DNA of 64,000 bases from Paragordius varius (Eukaryota; Animalia; Nematomorpha), in the NCBI GenBank assembly GCA_964247055.1, contig OZ176052.1, positions 12,462,001 to 12,526,000 on the forward strand, in the 5' to 3' direction. Each line of letters starts with the position of its first letter. The stretch's first letter is position 1. Below, piece by piece: positions 13,251 to 23,954 of the stretch. The notes under the pieces were generated by a model that saw only the letters and a program-made list of their open reading frames with translations, did not search any database and was not told the DNA's origin. The position numbers were made by a program, and so were the translations under genes.

Positions 13251-14356
13251 CCAGGTGTAATCATAAGTAACGGTTAACTAAAAGAAGACGGCAAAAATTA
13301 CGCAGCCGATTAATTGTCTGACGCCATTTTGCTCATCTGACATTAAACGACAAACACACACAAAGTCTGCCAAAAATTAGAGTCTTTTTTATCTTTAAGT
13401 AATATCGAATTTTTCCGAGAAAGAATATTTGCGGCACGCATTGTTATCAAAAGTAAAGGCTGTAAGTCTAAAAACATATGGCAAACATACTTTATCTATC
13501 AAACATATGCATAGGTGATTTAAATAAAAAAGAAAGTGGACACTCTGGTAAACGATACAAATACGCGGACAATAAAACGCAAGAGTTATTGATAATGACC
13601 CAATTTAAACTCATCGGCAATATGCAGATTAAATATATCACAAAAGACAATCAGTAATATTTTAAGAGCAATGGAAAAGATTACTCATTAAATGGGTCCC
13701 ACACAATTTAAATGTATGTCTAATCGAAAATCAAAAAGTGGCTTGTTTAAATCCTTTGTCAATGTCACGAAAAAAAATTATTTTGGCATCGAATCGTGAC
13801 GGGTGATGCGAAGCAACTTTATTTTGCTGATTCAAAGGGGCAAAAATCGTGGCTTTCATTTTGCCAAACCCTTCGGCAAGAAGACCATGTTCTATGTATG
13901 GTGGGATCAGAAGAGTATTGTATTGTTTTGTAGCCCGATGAAGCCGTTAATACACAACGTTCTCAACAATAATTATCTTAAACCAGAAAAATGACCACAA
14001 TAGGCCACAACACATGGCCATTTTTCTTTATGACGATGTTCCATCTCATACAGCTTAAACTACTTAAAGATACCTTAATATTGATTCCTTTGCGTTCCCC
14101 GTACTCTCCTAACTAGAAGCCATATGACTATGACATCTCGCATCAATGAAACACACGGCGGAACAGCACTTTAATTTCCACTGAAAAATGTCTTGACTAA
14201 TGTTTAGCTCTTTTTCTGGCTTGACATTTATATATTACCTAAGAGAGGAACGAAATGGGGATAAGCAGATGGACAATATTTTGAAACGTTTCCCTTAAAA
14301 ATTGAGTGAGTGTTTTTTACCAAAATACTGGTAAAGACTGATGACCACTCACCTGG
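13251..14356 (+). mobile_element. Decayed Mos1-like mariner transposon
   Basis: TA-CCAGGTG...CACCTGG-TA termini. Fragmentary transposase motifs WVPHNL, RIVTGD, FGKKTMFYVWWDQ, YDDVPSH, YSP, ADGQYFE, with many stops and frameshifts. Confidence 0.9.
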
Positions 14357-14719
14357 TAGGATTTTTATTTTAGCCGAGGGAAGACCAGAACAAATGGCTT
14401 CGCGGGCGCATTCGCAAAATATTTGGAAATCAACAAATATCTAACAAACATAAGACTGTAAAAACTACTATTTATTTTAACAATTTTAGCTAGTTCATTC
14501 CCTAAATCCGGAATGGCTCATTAAGAAAATATTTTTAAGAAAATCCATTTTAATTAAATTTATCTATTTAAAATTTCTCGCGGGATGAAAAATATTTTGG
14601 AGGGCCGCATCTCGGACACCCCGATTTAGCCCCCATATTTAGTTGCCCCCACCCGTGACATTTTTTTGCAAAAATCTAAGTTCAAAATTATTGTACTAAT
14701 ATTCCATGATTCTATTATA

Positions 14720-15355
14720 CCATTTGCGCTTCAAAAGTGTCCTGGAACACTTCAAGTTGGTCCTTGAACATTTCAAGTTGGTCCTTGAACATTTCAAGTT
14801 GGTCCTTGAACACTTCAAGTTGGTCCTTGAACATTTCAAGTTGGTCCTTGAACATTTCAAGTTAGTCCTTGAACACTTCAAGTTGGTCCTTGAACACTTC
14901 AAGTTGGTCCTTAAAATTTATAAATTTTGATTCAACCATTATTTTTCATTTATTTTTTTATTTTATTATTTACTAATTTTCTTTCTTTATTATATATTTA
15001 TTCATTTAAAAATAAATTTTTATTTAAAAATCACTTTTTTGTTTCAAACTATTTTTTTTCAATTGAACAAAATTATGTTTTTAATGAAAAATTTGAATTA
15101 ATAACCCAGAAAACTTATATATTTTTTCATTTCGTATAACAATCTTATAAAATCCAAAATTATTTTAAGAAATTAATAAAGATATACGGTTTATCAAAAA
15201 TTAAAAGTTGATATTGATTTAAAATTTATGTTAAATAAAATAGGTTAAAAACAATAAAATAGATGAATTATTTACGATTTGATTGATAAAAAATAAAAAC
15301 AAAAAAGTCAAAGGACCAACTTGAAGTCTTCAGGACACTCTTGAAGTGCAAATGG
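14720..15355 (+). mobile_element. MITE, CCATTT clan type B (21-bp unit AACATTTCAAGTTGGTCCTTG)
   Basis: TATA-CCATTTGCGCTTCAAAAGTGTCC ... GGACACTCTTGAAGTGCAAATGG-TATA. About 8 tandem units on the left (14748-14912), about 1 on the right. Confidence 0.9.
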
Positions 15356-15876
15356 TATATATTCAATAGTGATTTGAGATATTCCTTGTAAAAAGCAAAA
15401 GTATAGCCCCGCGCTTTTTTACGTTCGGTAAACGAACCTCTGTAAGATGCGCCTCGCTATAACAATTACGTGGATTGGAATGATATTTTCGGAAAATCTA
15501 TGAGTCATTAAAGATTAATTAAGAGTTAGCTATTTTGCAACAAATTAAGTTGAGCCCTTTTGTATATGTAGGGCCCAAACCTATGTTAAATACACCCGAA
15601 CACAAAATCATGTGGGCTTAAAGTTACAAATTTATGAATTTTATGAGTTTAAAAATGTTTACGCATTTCTTGTATAACGGTAAAAACTTTAGTCGAGCGC
15701 TTTAGGTATTACTCAAACGAAAAATATAAATGGTGTGTAAACTATTAATAAATTTATTAAGTCTATGTTTCAGAAAAATATTATTTATGGCGTTTAAATC
15801 ACAGCGGCGACATCTATTTTATGAATATTAAACAGTATGATTGGATGATGTAACTATTTACACAATTATATTATAA

Positions 15877-16998
15877 CACTGGACAACAAATTTTTCTGCT
15901 ATTCGAGTTTTTTGAATTTTCTGATATTTAGTATCATTTTAACAGAAAATCTAAAATAAAAATTATAACTCGTTGGAAGAATTTTGTATAATTTGATTTT
16001 TTGATTATGCGCCCTCTTTATCAAAATTTTCCTAAAAAATATTTTTCTTTCAAAATATACAAGTAATGCCCATTTGTAATATATCATTCGAAAGAGTAAT
16101 AAAAACTCTATAAAATGCATACTAATATGTATTACATCGACAGTTAATATTGGACACATAGAGCGACAAACGCGCGAAGCGAGAGCATTTTTTTTAATTA
16201 TTATATTTTTAAAACTAATGGATGGAAATAGCTCAAACTTTGTTTAGATGGTGATGAATGTCCAAAAAAAGATAACACAAGAAAGTTTTGATTAAAACAT
16301 TTTTTTATTGCTTTTGTGTCACTCAAAACAGCCATTTTTAAGTTTTTTGTTTTTTAAAAACTACCATCTCATCAATATCAATTTATTTTCTTTATAATGC
16401 TGATAATTTCGAAATTGTAAAGATAAAAACAAAGTTTAAGGTATTTTTGATCTTTTATAGCCATTATGTAATAAATTTACAGTTATAACTATGCATTTTA
16501 GTATCCACTAGGTAAAATATTTATGATAAAAATAATTTTTATTAAAAAAGCAAGCCAAAAGCTTTTTCAAACATTTTTTTTAAATTAAATACTAATATAA
16601 CCCTAATATTTATATTAAAATAATTTATATGATTTTCAAATTAGTTTGTCTGTGAAAATTCTTGACTTATTTAAGGATTGAAAATTTCGACCATTTAAAT
16701 CCAAATAACTTTTACATCCGATTGATTTAAATGACTTACTACCATTTAAAAGATGCAGTTTTTTGCGCTCTTTCGAATGATATAAAATACTTGGCTTCAT
16801 ATCCAAAACTTTTAATTTTCGAAATTTCGAGTTTAATGTTAAATCGGGGCCAAAAATTATCTATAACCTCTAATATAAAAAAAATCTTCCATGGTAGACC
16901 AATTTTCTTTTCAGATATACTAATTATGTACTTTAATGAAATAAATTTTAAATTTACAAGAATGGCAGTTAAAAAAAGTTAAAATTTGTTGTCTAGTG
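15877..16998 (+). mobile_element. Non-autonomous CAC...GTG DNA transposon, Chapaev3 (CMC)-like, copy 1
   Basis: TIR CACTGGACAACAAATTT / AAATTTGTTGTCTAGTG, flanked by TAA on both sides. Near-identical copy at 21084-22124. No long ORF. The superfamily call rests on CAC termini plus a TWA TSD. Confidence 0.75.
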
Positions 16999-17281
16999 TA
17001 ATTCACTTGTCAGCTGCGGATATGAGCCAAAAATACATTTTTACTTGTAAAATCCTTTATATTATGATTATTTTTTTTATTGCATATATTTCTCAAAGCC
17101 TTTGAGAATCCAAGACATCAGTTTTTTATTAATTTTTAACGTCTAATAAATCTCCATCCGAAAACTACTTACTGTTACTGTAAAGATATAAAACCAATCG
17201 AATTTTAATTATTAAGTTATACATACATAAAATGATTACATTAAATTTATATTTATTCCGGTTATATATTTATATGTTAAA

Positions 17282-19568
17282 TTAATAATCCACATTTTCT
17301 GTAAAATAAGTAAGGGGTAATGGTATGTGTAAATTTGTAAGTCCCTTTTGTGAACATTTACAGGCAGCAACGTAATTGGAATAGCGAAGACAAATTTTGA
17401 CCATAGTAGCTAAATCAGTTATATTTTTACTTTTTTTGACCAAACAAAGATAGGAATGAATAAAAGCGGCTAAAAAAGTATCTCCAGCACCAAGAGAATC
17501 CACAACCTTATATTTAATAATAATTTATATGTTTACTTCTCTATTTAGAAATATACGGTATAATTCAGGCTTAATAAATAAATATGTATCTATGTCTTAT
17601 GAGCACATTCTGACAAAAAGATATTATTGACGTGCCCTAACTTATAGAGTCAAATTTTTAATATTATAATATAAAATTGAATGATTATAATTACGAATGT
17701 TTAATATTTCTTTAATATTAGAGCTGTATGTATAGATTAAGGTTTAAAAAAGTACTTTATTTTAAATAAATTTAGGTAGAGTTTATCCTATATTTTAAAC
17801 TTTGAATATAATATTTCTATCATCAAAAATGTAGAACAAATCGCCCCACAAAATAAACTTTAAATATTTTTTAGATGAGGTATTGTAACTAAATAAAGAC
17901 AATTCGATATATTGCGAATTAAAATATATAAAATTCTACAAGCCCAAAATATTTTTTAAACTTTAAATGATGGAATCAAGTGTGATTGAACAGGACATGA
18001 GATGTATATCGCATCAATGCTTGTAAAAATGAGAGAGGCGCTCCCAACGCTACCCCAGGTATTGACAAAAATTCTAAAATAATGGAAACAAGTAAATTTT
18101 TCAAACTAATTATTATTTTAATTATAATTATTTACAATAAAAATTAAATCGCATAAGAGTAATTTTTTGCCAAAAAAGAAATATTTTTTTATCCGTATTT
18201 TTTATATGTAACGTATAGGATTATAATTATGAAAAATAAAATAGAGTGTGTTTAATTATTCCTGTTATCCAACCGAAAAACTATTCAGGTAATATCTAAA
18301 AATCAAGTGAAAAAATTAATTATATATAAATAATTTACTTAATTTTTTGATATATAATTGAAAATTTTGATCGTTAATACTTGGGGAAATGTGGACTGAC
18401 ATTAGCATTCTTATTCAACGTTAAATATTCTTGATGTAATGCGTGCAAAGTTTGTTCCATGTTTGCAAAACCGCGATAGTTTGCATAGTCTTTTCCTATG
18501 TTTAAAATATTAAAGTATAGCTAATACCTTTAGTATCAAGGTTTTTTCTATACAACATTTTTTAGATAAAATATAGGAACTTCTAATATTCAACATTTTA
18601 ACTTATCCAAATTTATTTTTTTATCATATTAATAAAACAAAAACTGACAAGAAATCTAAAATAAAATTACCAATAAAGTACAAATCTATGTCCAAGATCG
18701 CAAACGCTGGCCAATTTAAATCGCTTGGTTTTTCAATTTCGACACTAATTAGTGGGGTTAATAAATTGTTTGCAAATTTGTTTTCATTACAAAAGGTAAT
18801 CATTTTAATGATTTCAGACAAATTTTTGCGTCTCCCCTATTAATATACAGTAAATATTGAAATTATATAGACAAAACAAGTCAAAGAATAATATATTTTA
18901 CATGAACAGAACCATATCTGAATCTTTATTTTCGTTTAAACCGATTATTTTGAAAATGCAAATTGATAATGCCCTTAATTATTATATTTCAAAAAATTGA
19001 TCTATATAAATATAGGACCATTTTTTTCCTTGTTATTTTTCTTAACCTTCTATAACTATTAATAAAATGTACAGGATAAAAAATAAATAAAAAATAATCC
19101 AACAATACTTTAAAATGAATCCAATCATAATTTGATGATTCTATTGAAATTTTAAATGTTTGAGCTGAAAGTTCCGGAAATCCGGGATTATAATGTCTGA
19201 TTGTCCTTGTGCCCTTTGCAGCGTTTAATATGATTGTGGATACCGGAGTTTGACAATCTTTTATAATGGGACATTTCTCGAAAGCAATTCCGCAATCCTT
19301 TAAATTTTGACAAGCTGAGTATAATAAAGATAATATCACCTAACTTCCCCATCCAATCCTCTCCCAGTGTTCCGAAAAATTCACACCTTTCACCCAATTG
19401 TTTTAAAATCGTGCAGTTGTTTGAAGCATTCCCACCCCTTTGATGATATATATTCTGACAACTATATAAGCTTAAAAGATAATACTTTTCATCCGTATCT
19501 TCGGAAGGAAATTGTGAACATTCAGTCACAAAATCTATTACTGTTAACCCAACCACCAAAATAACCAT
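17282..19568 (-). CDS. KHK: Ketohexokinase (pfkB family); exons 19486-19568, 19340-19461, 19109-19314, 18671-18836, 18381-18495, 17962-18073, 17282-17506
   Basis: Spliced product has VGLTVID, QRGGNASN, WIHF-GR, SVEIEKP, TWG and VVDSLGAGDTF motifs. All six GT-AG introns (24, 25, 272, 175, 307, 455 nt) keep the frame. Confidence 0.93.
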
Positions 19569-19654
19569 GCAATAGGCGAGGATAGTACATGTGGTAATTA
19601 AGCATTCGCAAAAACATGCATTCTTTATGGTTTTTTTGAGTTGCAAAAGGCTGG
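19569..19654. promoter_or_regulatory. Inferred compact bidirectional promoter/5' UTR region between KHK and LEPROT
   Basis: Only 86 bp separate the divergent ATGs (19568 on minus, 19655 on plus). No specific motif identified. Confidence 0.55.
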
Positions 19655-20392
19655 ATGGCTAATATCAAAGGTAAAATATTATTGATGTTTAGAGTTTATT
19701 TTTTATTTATATATTTAGATTAATCACATTAGCCTTTTTTGGATCGATTGGCCTTACCTTCATTATCCTCGCATCTGCTCTTCAACGATACAAGTTTATT
19801 TACGTTTTAAAATCTCTTTAGTAATTGGTACCCATTGTTTGTCCTTATATTCCATCTTATCACATTTATTTTGTATGTTTTGACCCAAAGAAATTCAGAT
19901 GATTTTATGGGATCCTCTATGTCGAATGTTTTCAAAGAAATTTGTTGGTTTTTGCTTGCTGGAAGTGTCGTTTCCTCCATTTCTTTGCCTTTAGTTTTAG
20001 CTGGCGCCCCTTTACATGCCCCTGTGGTAAATTTTTAAATTATTTACTTTCTGGTAAACATATCTATTATACGCCAAAAATCTTCAATCCAGGGATATAT
20101 GATACACAATTAATGTTTAAATAAATCTTTAATAAAAAAATATGGCTTTTGACATTTTAACCCTTAGGACATATAAAAAATAAAATCTATTAGTTGTAGA
20201 TTCCTCAACATTGCTATATTAGCCTATTTAACTTTAAAATTTTCATTTCTAGTCTTTATTTTTATTTTAATTCTGCAGATAAAGTGGGGAGCTTGTGGAT
20301 TAACTATTGTCGGTAATCTCATTTTGCTTGCAACAATTTTCGCTTACTTCAAAGTTTTTGGGAACGAAGATTTCAATTATTTGGCTTGGTAG
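19655..20392 (+). CDS. LEPROT: Vps55/leptin receptor overlapping transcript-like protein; exons 19655-19670, ~19719-19793, 19822-20026, 20279-20392 (first junction ambiguous)
   Basis: MANIK...LITLAFFGSIGLTFIILASAL...WYPLFVLIF...MSNVFKEICWFL...LPLVLA...IKWGACGLTIVGN...FGNEDF aligns ungapped with recalled LEPROTL1/Vps55. Introns of 28 and 252 nt are in frame. Confidence 0.9.
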
Positions 20393-20789
20393 TGGACGGT
20401 TAGCAGCATTTATTGGATAAAAACAAACTTAAATAACTTTAGACATGTAAATTTATGCAATATAATTAATTTTATTTGACACATTGCACATAATTTATTG
20501 AACCCATGTTGTAATATATATGTAAAAGCAAAACCGAAAGTTTTATAGTCAATTTTCCATATTTTCTCAATTGTACACACACATACCTAGCGTTCCATTA
20601 TTATCAACTTTTACGAATAAATTTATATTATATGTAAGTATTATGCTTTGATGGATCTTTTTTTAGCATTGTTATTTTGAATAATTTTTTGTAACCCCTT
20701 TCCATCTCCTAACTAGATTTAACACTCCAATATCTTTTGAAATAGTTTTATATCCCAGAGCGATTCGAATTGAATGTCTTAAATAGTAT

Positions 20790-21083
20790 TTAAGGTATTA
20801 ATCCGATTTTAAAAATATGCTTTCTTTAGCTTTTTAGGCGCATTATATAAAAATTCAAAAAATGTTAAACGCCGCCATGTTCTTATATAAGTTTTTAAAT
20901 CGCTAATATGACAGGCTAATAAATGTATATTAAGGGTATAAAATGTAAATGATTATAAAGGAGCTTTCAGGTTACATTTTACCAGCACAAGCTTGATATA
21001 TTTTGATTTTTAAAGCTGTTCGTTTTAATCGTGTTTTGAAGTTGTCCCAATTTTATGCTCTAGAAGTCACAAAACTTTAATAA
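20790..21083 (+). repeat. Repeat family E, copy 2, interrupted by the Chapaev3-like element (resumes ~22125-22160)
   Basis: Homology to copies at 1532 and 33127 breaks after AAGTCACAAAACTTTAA and resumes after 22124. Confidence 0.7.
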
Positions 21084-22124
21084 CACTGGACAACAAATTT
21101 TTCCGCCACTCGAGTTTTTTGCATTTTCTGATAATTAGTATCATTTAACGGTAAATCTGAAATAAAAATTATAACTCGTTGGAAGAATTTGGTATAATTT
21201 GATATACAAGTAATGCCCATTTGTAATATATCATTCAAAGGAGTAATAAAAACTCTATAAAATGCATACTAATATATATTACATAGACAGTTAATATTGG
21301 ACACAAAGAGCGACAAACGCGCGAAGCGAGAGCATTATTTTTAATTATTATATTTTTAAAACTAATGGATGAAAGTAGCTTAAACTTTGTTTAGATGGTG
21401 ATGAATGTCCAAAAAAGATAAAGAAAGTTTTTTTAATTTAAACATTTTTTATTGCTTTTGTGTCACTCAAAACAGCCATTTTTAAGTTTTTTTTTAAAAA
21501 ATTACCATCCCATCAATATTAATTTATTTTCTTTGCGAGGCTACTAATTTCAAAATTTTAAGGATAAAAATAAAGTTTAAGGTATGTTTGATCTTTTATA
21601 GCCATTATGTAATAAATTTACAGTTATAACTATGCATTTTAGTATCCACTAGGTAAAATATTTATGATAATAATAATTTTTATTAAAAAAACAAACCAAA
21701 ATCCTTTTCAAACATTTTTTTTAAATTAAATTCTAATATAACCCTAATAATTATATTAAAATAATTTATATGATTTTCAAGTATGTCTGTGAAAATTCTT
21801 GACTTATTTAAGGAATGAAAATTTCGACCATTTAAATCCAAATAACTTTTACATCCGATTGATTTCTTACTATTAAAAGATGCAGTTTTTTGCGCTCTTT
21901 CGAATGATATAAAATACAAGGCTTCATATCTAAAACTTTTAATTTTCGAACTTTCGAGTTTAATGTTAAATCGGGGCCAAAAATTATCAATAAACTCTAA
22001 TATAATAAAATTCTTGCATGCTAGACCAATTTTCTTTTCAGATATACTAATTATGTACTTTAATGAAATAAATTTTAAATTTACAAGAATGGCAGTTAAA
22101 AAAGTTAAAATTTGTTGTCTAGTG
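21084..22124 (+). mobile_element. Chapaev3-like non-autonomous element, copy 2
   Basis: Same TIRs and TAA flanks as 15877-16998. Colinear and highly similar, with small indels. Confidence 0.75.
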
Positions 22125-23412
22125 TAATTAAAACTTTTTTATTTAATACATGATATCAATACTTAAAAATTAAATGTAAACTGAAATAACTTTAAAAACA
22201 GTAGTTTAATCACAAAATGGAGCTCTGGAATATAAAACCAGAGGGTAAACCAGATAAAAAAATGAAAGGTAAAGTTTTAATAAACTAAAAGCTTTATTGG
22301 AAGCTGATAGTTAATAAAAATGGACTGCAATTAACATTGTATTAAGCCCAATTTCAAATATCATTTTGCATTTTTCTGGAAGATAGAAATGTAAATCAAC
22401 TCCCTTTTTATTGGAAAATGTCACTCAATAATTTATTTTAAATATACATATATAGTGGAGATATATATTGTTCAAATAATGTTACACAAGCCTTACATGT
22501 AATGAATTCGAAAGCGAAAACAAAGTCATATTTATTAAAAAATTATGGCTCATAGTTTAAAAATATTTCATTAGTTACGTCACCTTTTTTACCGACGATT
22601 GAAAAAATTTGAATTGGTGATCAGCTTATCGAATAGTATAACAAACTTTTTCCCAAACCATTTTGTATTAGTTAAATATTAAATTAACGGCGAAAGTTTA
22701 AAATTCAAATTGGAAGTTATGTTTAGTTATTCCTGAAAACAAAATTTTAGCTGGTTCTATGCCTTTTTTTCTAACATAACCATGAACCAATAACCTAATG
22801 CATGTAAAAAATTCTTTGCTTTGATTTTCTAAATTATTATGCGACTTAAAGCAAAAATGCTCCTCATATTTTTATGATTCAATAAAGAGATATATTAATC
22901 ACTATTTAATTGATAAATAGAGTATTTTTTAGTAGTACATGGAATATTATATACCATATTATGTTTTTTAAAATAGAAATCTCTTAAAATAATTTTTTGA
23001 GATTTAAAAATAGGGTTATACGCACTGTAAAAAGATATATTTTTAATAAAATCAAATCATTTATTAATATATAAAAATATTTTTTTTTATAAATCATTTA
23101 ACATGTGCATTGGTGGCATTGCATTGCATCGTTAAATCATAACATTAAACTTTTTGTTCAATTTAAATCGTTGTTTTTTACCTGTATTATATATGAAAAA
23201 TAAATATAAATGGTTTATAAATAAAAAATATAATTTAACGAAAAACAAAACAAAAAAATTTAATTCTTTAAAACGTTAAATTAATTCCGCTTTTATATAA
23301 AGTTTTAACCTGTCAAATTATTTTAGAGAATCAAACAAGATGGACAAAATAATGTTTGCAATAAAAAAAGTTATGACAAATCGAAAAATTAGTCATTTTT
23401 TATAAACTAAAG

Positions 23413-23954
23413 TTAGAATTGTATACTTGCGGTAACCAACTTATTGGCTTTATAGCGCCTAAGTATGCGCTTTATTTTGGAAGGTGACACTTTGGGTTTC
23501 CCAAAATATGTTTCCAACAACTTTTGAATAGTTTTGACAGGAATTGCCCGCTGTTTTTGGGCCAAAATAAGCAAAATTTTCTCGTGAAGGAAAATGGTTT
23601 TTCTCAGCTTTTTTGAAATAACAGGCAAAGGTTTGATATTTCTTGGAAGAGTTTTATTTTTATCGTTAGTAACAGATAAATTGATATTGGAATCGTTTAT
23701 GATTTCATAGGTATTGTCAGTTGCATAGTTTGGTATATTTGTCCTAATTTGGTGATTGGAAGCGAAATTATTTCTTAAAATTCTATCATTCTGTTCATGT
23801 CCTTGTATATCACTCTCGAATCTATCAAGAGTTATATGACTTTGACGATTAAAAGCTGATTTTATTTTTTGTTCACTTTCTCGTAAAAGATTGTGATGAT
23901 TTCGTCTCAAAAAATTAGATTTGTAGGCGCTATGCGACGTTTCTCCTTCATAAT
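23413..23954 (-). CDS. Terminal coding exon ending in a CENP-B/psq-like helix-turn-helix; upstream exons unresolved
   Basis: The open frame extends to a TAG acceptor at 23955 (DYEGETSHS...). C-terminus RKTIFLHEKILLI...IQKLLETYFGKPKVSPSKIKRIL resembles pogo/CENP-B N-terminal HTHs. A candidate upstream exon lies at 24137-24212. Confidence 0.5.

Noticed and set aside
14696-14930. EHFKLVL / KCSRTNL repeat ORFs
   Set aside because: Same cause: the 21-bp array of the type B MITE.
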